A stretch of 64,000 nucleotides of DNA from Negaprion brevirostris (taxonomy: Eukaryota): contig JARDVH010000110.1 of NCBI GenBank assembly GCA_030324005.1, positions 2,571,080 to 2,635,079 of the forward strand, given 5' to 3'. A program made the translations under genes and the position numbers. Positions 39,235-50,885 of this stretch are shown one piece after another. Position 1 is the first letter of the stretch. Every line of letters starts with the position of its first letter. A model generated the notes under the pieces. The model worked only from the letters and a program-made list of their open reading frames with translations, was not told where the DNA came from and did not search any database.

Positions 39235-40018
39235 TTAATTTGAAAAGCAACTGCAAAAGAGGGGACACTTTTTCTTTTCTCCTTTTACTTGAAGTTCCTT
39301 CTTTTTCTTTTTCACGGTCACTGTCTTGCCCTTGCACCCTACCGCTTCCAACTGGATTATCCTGTAGTACGTTTTCGTTGTCGTATCCACATTTATCACC
39401 TTGAACTTTTCAATGGGTGGGATGAGGACCTCCTCTTCATGTTGGAATTCCGAGAAATCCTTGATTGAGACCCCGAACTTGGTCGTTATTTCGAAGAGCG
39501 TGTTATCTGTTTCGTTCCGAACGCTACTTCATTCTTTGTGGAGCTGGAAGCGAATCTCCCCAGCCGGACATCTTTTCCCACCTGGGCATCGAATGGTTCA
39601 CTCGTTCCCCTATAGGTTCTGTAGGTTATATTTTTTTTGAGCGCTGCCAGGGCAACAGAAAGAAGGTAATGGAAGCTTTTGAATTTGAACTTATTCTGAT
39701 AAGTGGAATCACCTCGGCCAAAATTCGATATTGCTTTGTTAAAATCGCTATGCAGAGCGGAGTGTTGAGTATAAGCGTGAATCGCCATTAAGTGCTCCTT
39801 TCGCAATCCAGTTGGGATTTTGATCTTAACTTCCACATGTTCCTTTGCCTTCTCCCAAACTTCCAGATAGGCATTTTCGTTAGCCCATTCTTTAATGATA
39901 CATTCACTCGCTGCCTCGTCGTTTTCCGGGGTTTGGGTGAATATGTATGCGGCTGATGTATCGGCCATATCCAGTTTGGTGTCATTTCCTCCATGATCAA
40001 AAGCGGGCATTATCGGAT
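39235..40018 (-). CDS. ARTC-family NAD(P)+-arginine ADP-ribosyltransferase (ecto-ART-like) catalytic exon; one frameshift near 39515 (pseudogene or assembly error)
   Basis: ORF 39486-40010 has LDMA, AIHAYT, FNKAI, FKFKSFHYLL, YRG and GRFASSS motifs. A shifted frame continues TDNTLFEITTKFGVSIKDFSEFQHEEEVLIPPIEKFKV...CPLFCSCFSN* (stop 39235-39237), so the R-S-EXE triad is present. A polypyrimidine acceptor (tctcatccttttcacag) precedes 40018 in phase 1. Confidence 0.93.
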
Positions 40019-40334
40019 CTGTGAAAAGGATGAGATATTCCTGTCAACTCATAAACACTGGAGGCAGAACATCAAGTCGCTCAGTGACCTTCCATAGCCT
40101 CCCAACATCGATAACAGGAGACAAAACCACTAATAAATGGCGAAATCGTATACCATCCCGACTTGGAATTGTAACTCTACCGAAAAAAAAGAGTTCTGCC
40201 GAATATCTGCATGTTCTCTGCCCAAGAGTCTCCAGAAGGCTCTTACATGGTGTTCAGAATGTTGCATAACATCATCCACTCAGGACTGAGAAATTAACTT
40301 AGGAATTCTCTTTTCCGTGTCTCCATGGCCTTAC

Positions 40335-40394
40335 CATTACTGGTAAAACTGAACTGAATTAATGGGGACATGTAGATTATTGTTTTTGACGTTG
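40335..40394 (-). CDS. Candidate 60-nt phase 1-1 exon of the ART gene ((A)TSKTIIYMSPLIQFSFTSN)
   Basis: ttttag acceptor and strong G|GTAAG donor; open and in phase with the catalytic exon. Confidence 0.5.
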
Positions 40395-40537
40395 CTAAAA
40401 GTTGCTGACACATTTGAAGATTGGAACAGTTTTGGATGGGGAACAAAACTCATTAAGAATGGCAAAATATGATATGAAAGCAAACCAATAATAAGAGTGT
40501 AAGTGCTTCTTCAGGGATTCAAAAGGGAGCGGGTCAC

Positions 40538-40573
40538 CAACAGAGAAGGTATATTCTTTCCACTCTGAGTTAG
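40538..40573 (-). CDS. Candidate 36-nt phase 1-1 micro-exon of the ART gene (xNSEWKEYTFSV)
   Basis: Very strong acceptor (cattttctcttctcttttcag), weaker donor G|GTGACC, symmetric phase 1-1, no stop. Confidence 0.4.
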
Positions 40574-40849
40574 CTGAAAAGAGAAGAGAAAATGCGGAGA
40601 TAGCAGAACTGTGAAAAAAAAACATAGTTTGAGTTTGCCAAGTGTTTTGGAAAGAGTTGGAAACTGTTTCCAAAAAAAAACTGTTTTCGGAGTGGAAGGC
40701 AGAAAAGCGGGACCAGGAGTCCAGGGAACCATGGGACGAATGATTATGATTAACCTAAAATAAGCAACAACAGAAGAGCCAAATTGTCAGAGATGCGAGC
40801 GATAGTAAACACTAATAAATGTTGTGGGCTTAATGGGCTATAATTCTTG

Positions 40850-41850
40850 TGCGGAAGATTAGAGGTATGCATTGGTTGTGTCCTTCAAAAGTTTTTGAGA
40901 TTCAGAAATTGTCCTAAGAGATTGAAAAGTAAAGCTGTCATTCACAAATGAAGGAAGGGCTAAACATTGAAGTCAACATTGGTTATCTTGCTATCATTCG
41001 TCCGCAAAGAGTTGCATGCTACCTTCAAGTAGGCACTTGCACATTTAGAATATGTTAAGGCAGCATCATTATCGTTCGCAAAGGTAAATTATGTATGAAG
41101 AATTTATGGAACTTGTTTCTGGATTTTAACTAATAAGTAGATAAAGTAGTACCCGTGAATGCAATAATGCTGGATTTCCAAAAGAGACTTGGCCGGGCTT
41201 CACGTAGAAATTTATTATAGGAGACAAAGGCTCAGATGATTGGGGATAAAATATTGGCGTGGATAGACAATTGGTTTACAAAATAAAATGAGGACGCCTG
41301 GTTTTAAAACTTGCATTTGCAAGTTGGAAGCTTGCACTTCATGGAGTGATGCAACGCTGTATTGCCGCATCAACTATTCACAAGCTAAATCAACTATGTA
41401 GACATTGTGCTGAGCAATCATATAACCATGGTGACATATTGGTTGTGGAGGCCACTAATGTTTTACAAAAGGCATAAGAAGGTAACTGAATCTTTAATGG
41501 GATGGCAGATGTGGCACATTGGACTAAACTAATATTATTAGTTTAGTCAAGTGAACAGAAAAAGCAATTATTTCTTCAATGGAACACACTTCAAATCTTG
41601 ACATTCAGGAAGCTTTTAGTGCACTAATGCGAGGAGCTGCGTCAGGCAAGTGGGCACAAACCTCATAATCCAGCTTCGTTGCATTAAATCATTAAGGCAA
41701 AACTGTTGCAATTATGCACGCCCCAGCAGGACAATTTATTTAGGCGGAGTCCATGTGATTTCCGGAATGGCAAATTAAATGTAAATAATGCATTGAGTTT
41801 TCGATGGATATACCTCATGCTGTGGGTGAAGCGGAACCAGTGAATGCAAT
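40850..41850 (+). mobile_element. Highly decayed CR1 RT relic
   Basis: ctggatttccaaaagagacttg (LDFQK), attggcgtggatagacaattgg. Confidence 0.6.
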
Positions 41851-42759
41851 GTTATTTATTGTCCAGTAAAACCCAAAAGACCTCTCCCAAAAGCTCATTA
41901 TGCAATGCCTCATGATATTGGCAATGATATGTTGGCATGAATAGATAATTGGTTAACAGAAAGCAAGGAAAGAGTGGATTCAATCTGATATTTGCAAGAG
42001 GATAACGTGCACATAGTGAATAATGCTCGGATCAGTGGTGAAGAATCAATTGTTCGTGACTTGCACAATTTTGGTCTGCTTAACACATAACAAGTATATC
42101 CTCTTATGAACCACAATGCATATTTATTCCTGTCATTATGATTAGGCAGTCATTTGAATAGAAACTATGTGCAGCATTATGGGGAAAAGGCAGGAGGAAT
42201 GCAGTAAGCAAGCATGAGCATTCAGAGAGCCGGTTAGGCCAGCGTGGCTTCATCTGTACTGTAACAGTTCTGTGATAATATGGCAACATTGCCCTCCCAT
42301 AATAAGTTACAGAATGAGAATGTAGTATTTACAAATTGAGTCAAAAAGCGATGATCAAATGTTCGCGTGTTTATCGAAGAGCAAATTATCCAAGCAGTTT
42401 AACAACAGCGGAGCGTTGTGGTGCTCATTTGTTGAACACAATAAAGATTTATGTCAATGGATTTTTGGACTGCAGCTGACGGCTGGATCTGGCGATCAAG
42501 TAAACAAGTGGAACGAAAGCCCAATTGCAAATATGAACTCATGGAGCAGTAACTCATTGCAGAGGGAAATGTGGCCAACTACTGCTTCGATATGTTGTGC
42601 TGTTATGTTATTGATTAACCTGTTATATTCATATCGCTGCACAACATAGATTCATTGGCTGAAAACAAACGTTCAGACACACACATGAGGAGTCATTTGC
42701 CTTCATCTGGGCTCTGACTGGGAAGTACTCACAATTTTGCTTTTCGCCATAAATAATAT

Positions 42760-43342
42760 CATGTCCCACGTGGGAGGCTTATAAAGAAGGTAATTGCAAA
42801 TGGACAACAGGCACTTTGATGAAATGGACCCAAATTGGCTCAGATGTCGAAGATAAAGGATGATGGCAGAAGGCTGCTTGAGTGAATGGGACCAGGGTTC
42901 TCTGGCGTGCCACAGTGATCTGTGCTTGGTCCTCTGTCATTTGGCATTCATGTAAATGACATAGATGGCTGGGGCGGGGGGATGCAAAATTTGTAAGTTT
43001 GCGGATGACACAAATACCGGCTGTGTTCTTAACAGTGAGGTCGAGATTCTTGGGCTAAAAGGAGAAACAGATCCAATGGCCAAATGGACAGATGGAATTT
43101 AAACACTGAGAAGTGCGAAGTGATACATTTTGGAAGGAATGATTTGAGGAGGAAGTTTTCATGGAAATTCATGGAAATTTTCAATGAATGGTATGACCCT
43201 AGCAGGTTCTGTAGAACAGCTCAGCCTTGGCGTATTTGCACATAGGTCTCTGAAAACGTTAAGACATGTTAGCAGGGTGGTGAATAAGTCATATGGGGCA
43301 CTTGACTTCTCTTAACTTTATCAATCGAGGTATAGATTACAA
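42760..43342 (+). mobile_element. CR1 RT fragment
   Basis: aagtttgcggatgacacaaa (KFADDT), gagaagtgcgaagtgatacattttgga (EKCEVIHFG). Confidence 0.85.
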
Positions 43343-43463
43343 AATATGTTGAACTTGGTTGAANNNNNNNNNNNNNNNNNNNNNNNNNNNNNNNNNNNNN
43401 NNNNNNNNNNNNNNNNNNNNNNNNNNNNNNNNNNNNNNNNNNNNNNNNNNNNNNNNNNNNNNN

Positions 43464-46400
43464 ACAAAGTTCGGTCTGTCTGGATGACAGTATTACATTT
43501 GCATTACTAACACTGTTGAGAAACTCTGTATTCCAGTTCCACAATGACAATGTTGACTCTGTTCAGTCGGCCTCTGTATTCTTGATGCATATTCACAATA
43601 CTGCATCTGTTCAGTGTGTATGCATTACAATTTACATGTGCACTACTAAGCCTGTTCGCTGTTTCTGTATTCCAGTTCCACAGTTAAAGCACTGACATGA
43701 CTATTGAGGTCTAGGGATTGTGATTGCCAGTAACGTTACAGACTCTGTTTATTCAGTCTATGCATTCTAGTTCCCAAGTGACAGTGCTGAGTCTTTGCGG
43801 TGTTTGAATGTGCTCCTGTTACACATAAGACGTGTCTGTTCAGCCTATCTATTTATTCTAGTAACATGTTCACAATATAGACTCTGTTAAGTGTGTGCAT
43901 GTATTCCTGATAAACATTACCATACTGCATTTGCTTACTATTGTCTACATATTCCGTTTGCACAGTTACAATATCGAGTGTAATCAGGGTGTCTGGTTGT
44001 CCATTTACAATACTGACTCAGTTTAGGTGTCATTTGTCTTCTGGTTCCTCAGTTCAGTACTGACTCCCGTCCGTATGCCTATATATTCCAGTTTCATATT
44101 TACAATAATTGTCAGTCTTTCTGGTATTCAAGTTCCACAGTTGCCACGTTCAGTCTTTTCAGTGTGTCTATGTATTCCTGTTTCACATAGCTGTGAATTA
44201 TTGTGATATAGACACTATCGCAACCCGATTGAATGTGTTTTTACATTCATCTTTCTTTCTGGTCGAATTGAATGATGTTTCCCTGGAAATTGTATCAGAT
44301 ATGTGTGCGTTGTTATTGAGCGTAAGGTTTTTATATTTCATTTTTCATAAATTGGTGTCTTCCATTGAAACTCATTGTCACAGATAAAGTATATTAGAAA
44401 TATTTTACAGACAAATTGCAACGCTGCCAATGATGGCATAGCAGTCATGCATTGAGTATCTTCCTCTGATTCAGCAATATATCAGTTGCTGTCTCTGTAT
44501 CAATGACTCCACATCCTTCTCGTAGTGTGGCGACCAGAATTGAACCCTATATTTCAAGTGTGGCCTAACTAAGGTTCTATAAGGTTGCAACATTACTTCC
44601 CATTTTTAAACTCAGTGCCCTGGCCGATGAAAGCAAGCATGCCATATGCTTTCTTGACAACCTTCTCTACCTGCATTGCCACTTCAGTGACCCTTTTGAT
44701 AATACTCGAAATGTTTCCCTCTGCTGGTGCTTAACTCTACGTTTCACAGTCATCAATCTACCGTTTTATCTAACGCTCTGAAAGTAGAAATGCACACTAT
44801 GTTACATTTATCTACCTCCTGCTATAGAATGTGTACGGATAACAGATTTCCCAACGAGCGAAGGTTTCAAATAAATCAATCCTGCACATTTACGAGCTAA
44901 ATATAATAGGTGATCAAAATTGTCTTCAGCCATATTAACATCAGTTGAGTGAGGAAGCCGTCCAAGGCATGCGATAATTCAGCAGACACTATGCCATGAC
45001 AGTTCATAGAAAACACTTTTGCGTTTTGAACAAGCTCTGAATGGTAACTTGCCTCGCCATTAATAGGGTGAGGACCATCATAAACTGACAGTGTAAATCC
45101 CTGCAAATTTGAATATGTGCAAAGGCTTTCCATCCCTTGGTACAATGCTATGTTCAAGTTGGCATTGCCAACAGCTGGGGAAAGCAGATAGTCCATTGTA
45201 TGTGTATCAGGCATTATGAGCCAAAATAAAACAAAAAGACTGTTCAGTTTGCCTAGGTATTGCAGTTCCACAATTAGAATATATCATATTTTCAGGGTGC
45301 CCATACTTCCAGAAAAACACAGTACAAAACACTATTCAACGTAACTCCGCATTCCAGTTGCACAGTACAAAACTGACACAGTTCTGTCTCTCTATGTATT
45401 CCCGTTGCATCTACAGCATACTGACTATGCTCAGTTTGCATCCGTCTTCCAGTTATAAAGTCTGTTGACTGTACATATGCATTCCGGTTGGACAGTTAAA
45501 ATATTGGCACTATTCAGTGTGCCTACGTATTCCAGTTACAGAGTTACAGGACTGGCTCTGTTCAGTAGTTCTATATGTTCCAATTGCATGACGTCTGTTA
45601 TGATTTCGGTCAGCGTGCTTATGCTTTCCTGTTGTACATATATAGCTAGCATCTGTCTTTTTCTACGTATTCCTTTTTCATTGTTTGAACATTGAGTTTC
45701 TTAATTGTGTTTACGCATTCCCGTGGCACAGTTCCGACATAGACTCTGTCATCGTGTCTTCGTATTCAAGTTCCATAGTTTGCTGATTGTAGTTTTTTTC
45801 CCCTAAATTTATAAGCCACGGTGACCATGCATGTCTTTTGTGCAGTTGCTTTCGTGGCTACATTTACTGTGCCTACGTGTTTCTGCTTCACGATTACTGG
45901 CTGATACAGTGTTGGAGTTGCATATTGACATATGAACTGTTATTGCACCGTGTTCCTGTTCCCATGTTTATCTGGTGACTCTGTGCAATGCGACTGTGTA
46001 TTCCTGTTCCGAATTTTCTATGGTGATTGTGTAAAATGCGACTATGCATTCCAATTCCAACGTCATAATGGTGACTCCTTGCAAAGTGTCCATATAATGC
46101 TGTTTCCATATTACTACGATGACTCTGTGCAAATGGATTATGGATTATTTTTGTGCAGTTAAAATGCTGGCATATTTTCGTTTGTCTATGCATTCACGTT
46201 GTATGTTAAGAATACTGATTATTCTCAGATTATACTGTAATCGTGGTGTAGTTTGCATAATTTCAGTGTGTCAATAAAATAATACTGTTAAGTACTGACC
46301 CTGTTAGTGAGTCCACCTATTTCTGTTCCACGACATCGGCATTGAGTTTATAATTACCTGTTGTATGGTTATTAATTGTTTATATGCATTGTTGGGTTCA

Positions 46401-47580
46401 TTCATTTTCCTCGTTCTAATATTGATTTTCTTCAATGAGCCTATGCATTGTTGCGTAGTTGTTTCAATGCAGATTCTGTTCATCGTCTCAGTGTGTCTAT
46501 ATATTTCTCTTACACAGCTGTGCTAACAACTCGGTAAAAAAAAAACAATGTTTAAAAGGAAGACGTAGATAAAGTGAACAATGTGTCTACATTTTCCGGT
46601 TACATAGTTACAATACTGATTCTGTTCAATGCGCCTATTCATAGCGGTTACACAGTGGCAATATAACTCTATATTCCAGCGCTCATATTCCAGTTCCACA
46701 ATTGCACTATTGAAACCGTTCAGTTTATTTACCTATTCCAGGTCCACAGTTACAGTACTGACCTTCTTAAATAAGTTTGTGCCTTGTGCTTGCGTGGGTG
46801 CAATAATGAATCTGTTCAATGTGTATTTTCCTTACTAATGTATAATTATATCTGACTTTCTTCCTTATGTCTGCATTCCAGTTCCACAGTTACAGTGCTG
46901 ATACTCTTCATTAGATCCATGGATTGTGGTTGCCTAGTTGCAATAGTGACACTTTTTCGTGTGTTTATGCATCCCAGTTTCACAGTTACAATACTTCCTA
47001 TGTTCAGTGGGTCTTTGTACTCCGATTAAAATGTTACAACACTGAAAATTTTCACTGTGTGTATGAATTGCATTTACAATTCTGACTCTGTTTAATGCAA
47101 CCCTAGACTGTGGTTGCATAGTCGCAACACTGGCACTCTTTTCTGTGTATGTATTCCAGTTCCACAGTTGCGTGTGACTATATTTTAGTACCAGATTTGC
47201 AATGCAGACGCCGTTCAGTGTGTTTCTGTTCCAGTTTCACATTTACAATCTCTTGTTTTAACTTTCTCAATATACAGTACCAAATCTGTTCACTCACTCT
47301 ATGCATTGCAAAATTTCAATACTGTTTCTGTTCAGCGCCCCTGCAAACTTTGGTTACACAATTAGAATATTCACCATGTTTAATGGGCCCACACATTGCA
47401 CAGTTACAATGCCATCTCTGCAATGCCTGTCAAGCTATGTAATTTCCAGATTCAGTAAATATTCTCTTCAGTGTGTCTCTATATTCCATTACCACGGTTA
47501 CAATTATGAGTCACTTCAAGGACCTGTTTGTGCTGCAGTTTTTCTATGTTCTATGTTCCAAGTATCAAAATACAACTTCC
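43464..47580 (+). repeat. Degenerate ~48-bp satellite array, interrupted at ~44190-45235
   Basis: Approximate monomer gtattccagttccacagttacaatactgactctgttcagtgtgtctat; gtattc recurs at 43528 and 43576. Confidence 0.85.
44480..44695 (-). mobile_element. CR1 RT C-terminal fragment
   Basis: Reverse complement of LVRPHLKYRVQFWSPH. Confidence 0.8.
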
Positions 47581-48054
47581 CTGCGTGCTGGATGACAACA
47601 TAACAAGAACGAATGAATTTACTTCTGTCGAGAGGCTTATTGACCTGACATGATTTTCCACTGAAAAGGAGATTAAACAAAGTGGTACAGACGATGAAAA
47701 TTGTCATCGTTTTGCTCAGGAAATTAAGCATTATCTGTTTCTACTATGAGGGGAAAATTATTTCATGTGATTGGCCGAAGGAAATTTAGTCAATAAACAT
47801 GTTATCGCTTGTATTGACACACATAGACTGGAATATGTGTGACTTCTGGATGAGGCCGAGATAGATCCGGCATGAAATCAATTATCCTCCTTCTGTTTAT
47901 CCTGACGGAATGGGCAACCCAATCATCGGGTGCGGGACAGTTTCTTCTCTGATCCGATATTTAATTTCGAAAACCACAAAAGCAGAAAATCCCCCAACTG
48001 AAGACCTACGGACTTGTTTTTTCAGCTCTGTCGCCCAGACTGATGGGCACTCAC

Positions 48055-48148
48055 TGAAGTATGTTCGAGCATTTGCAGTTGGTTCCATAGATCGGGGAAG
48101 GCTGGAAACTACATGGGGCTTCCAGAGGCTTTTCAAGGCCTCCCCAGT
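48055..48148 (-). CDS. Candidate first coding exon, copy 1 (ATG at 48088; MEPTANARTYF + phase-1 donor)
   Basis: cag acceptor and consensus GTGAGT donor. Acceptor, ATG and donor are all conserved in the paralog at 56104-56187. The indel after the ATG is 3 nt, the one before it is 13 nt. Confidence 0.6.
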
Positions 48149-50556
48149 CTGACCAAACACCAAACTGTCAGAATCATTGGCCAGCTATTTCCCATTCCAT
48201 GAACGCATCCTTCTCCCAGGTCCACTGACTTACTAAGGAGGAAAAAAAAACAGCATTGAACTTTTACTTGATTCTGAACAATGGTAACACAAAAGCCAAC
48301 AAATTTGGGAACCCAACAAACCGGTACCGTCTTTTTACTAAGATGCGATAGTTCCAAATGGTTTGAAGACAATTTTGATTCTGTGAGAAAAACAAATCCC
48401 GAGATTTCGACTCAGGATCCGAGGTTAAAATCGCACCACAGAAATTCGTGGTATGTATGTTCATTTTTTTAAAACATGAGTTAACAGGACAGAAGTTGCA
48501 ATCATGAAATGATTATAAAATTACATTTGGTTTCCTGATGTCCTTCGTGGAAGTAAGTGTGCTTGTTACATGCCGATCCATGGTGTCATGAGAGCTAATG
48601 GAAATGAGAGATGAGCAGCAACACAAAGGCTGGCCTTCAGAACAACAGCCAGATTCTATGATAAAATAAGTTAGCAAAATGTTGTCATTGAAATAATAAT
48701 GCCTGTATTAATTATGTTTCAGAGCATTCGGCAATTATTTACACTCTCTTGCTCAATTTCCCATTAGGCTTCACATTCCATGTGGAATATTATGATTAAA
48801 ATGTATTGCACAATCACTTTTGGTAGCACATGGAAAAATCAAAGCAATTCAATAAGTTGAAAACAACACCAGATGGTTGTTCGTTGAACTGAAATGAAAG
48901 GAAACTATATGATTGTGTAATTGGACAGTCTCCGCAGAGATATACTAGAGGTACAATCTATGAACACATTGTGCATGATATCGAGAAGGTGGCGCCAGTC
49001 TAACAATTGCCGTCCAAAAAGACCAAATCTCAAGCGAAACATGGATAAAACAATTTTAAGTTGTCTGCTTATGAGGAGGTGCTAGTCTGCATTTCTGATT
49101 TCTAACTTTCATGCTTCATTTTCGCTCTTTGGTCACAGAGCATCGTTTTGTGACCCTATACTTCATTAGTATACGGAATGTTTTAACGTGACGTTTGCTC
49201 TTATTTCAAGTTATTTCGGCAGCAGCATGGAACCAATAAATTATTATGATTGGGAATTCGGCGCTCTTTCATCGTGAAATCTTCACCCAAGTTTACTTCA
49301 TGCTACTAACCTTACGTTGAATAGCACGTTACCGAGAGCACAGAAACACATTTTTGGACGCGAGCTGGATAGGATCAACTTCATTTACCATTCCAGCCTT
49401 CAGTGACCCCTGTTTATCCGACCTTGTCACCTACCACTTTTGCCTTTTATCATACATTCGAAGACCTAGCTTAAGGAGATCATCATCTCTCCTCCCCTTC
49501 CGTTTTCCCTCCTCTCCTCCTCCACCACTCCCCTCTCCCACCCCCTTCCCTCCCCTCCCAAGATTACTGGAGTGTGGTCCCGAATTGTGCCACCCTGCTT
49601 GGTGACATTTGGATTCAGAAAAATTCTGCAATTAAAATTTAACTATGACCACTGAACTATTGTTGATTGTCATAAAAACTTGCCTAGTGTCGTTTCGGGA
49701 AGGGAATTTGCTTTCCTTACACTTCTGGCCTACATGTGATTCCCAGTCCACAGAAATAACCCGTCAGTTCATGGTTGGGCAATGAGTGCTAACGAGTCCG
49801 AAAAGCCCAAGACCCGTTGCAAGTTGCACACTGGAACTTTCCACGATTTTCAGACGGCGAGACAATGTGGGTTCTCTGTCCACACATCTCACATGTTCTC
49901 CTCCTGCGTGAAGTTCAACTGGGGAAAGTTACTTGCTGAATGATAACTTTATTTTAATACAGATTCTGTTACTGTTGACTCCCTTCCGCTGCACATGCAC
50001 CATAACAATGGCAGGTTATCAGTTAATACCTCCAAAATAACATAATCATAGAACTTTAGAGATTTTAAGGAGTCCAGTCGTCTCATCGTTTGTGTGCCAG
50101 ATCTCCCATAGCGCACTGTCCGAGGATAACTGCCTCAACTTCTCTACATTACGCAGTTCATTCCTTGGTTTCAGATATTAATCTAATTCACTCACAGTCC
50201 TGATAAACCTGTCTGCACAGAACGCTCTGGTAGTCCAATGCAGAGTAGACAACGGACTGTGCGACGCTTTGTCTGCTCGTGTCCCCTTGCAGCATTTTCC
50301 ATTTATGTTAATACATGATGCCTCTGCAGCCCAGAAGAAGGCTGTTCGACCCATCAGTCTGCAAACACTTTAATTAGGCCCGTTCCTCGCCTTATCCCCA
50401 TAACCTCACGCATATAGTTGAGGTGAATTACCAGGATATAATTGTTGGGAAATCAAGGGGCTATTTGTTATAGTCAATGTAACAAAATTGCACATCATTA
50501 GACTTGGGACGAAACCAGAGCATCTGCAGGAAAATCCACGTAGACAGGAGGAGACA

Positions 50557-50885
50557 TGGGCAGCACGGTAGCACAGTGGTCAGCACTGTGCTTCACAGCT
50601 CCAGGGACCTGGGTTGGATTCCTGGCTTGGGTCACTGTCTGTGTGGAGTTTGCACATTCTCCTCATGTCTGCGTGGGTTTACTCCGAGTGCTCCACTTTC
50701 CTGCCACAGTCCAAAGTTGTGCGGGTTAGGTTGATTGGCCACGCTAAATTGACGGTAGATGCATGGGTTAGAGGATTTGTGGGTAAAATATGTTTGGATG
50801 CAGGGGTAGGGCTTGGGTGGGATTGTGGTCGGTGCAGGCTCGATGGGCTGAATGGCCTCTTTCTGGACTGTGAGAGTTCTAATGA
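50557..50885 (+). mobile_element. HE1-type SINE nested inside an older opposite-strand HE1 SINE (~50320-50995)
   Basis: ggcagcacggtagcacagtggtcagcactg...ggttggattcctggc...tgtggagtttgcacattctcc; the paralogous SINE at ~59620-59985 is uninterrupted. Confidence 0.85.

Noticed and set aside
43464-47580. CRISPR-like periodic array
   Set aside because: Eukaryotic context, monomers degenerate throughout with no unique spacers and no cas genes; it is a satellite
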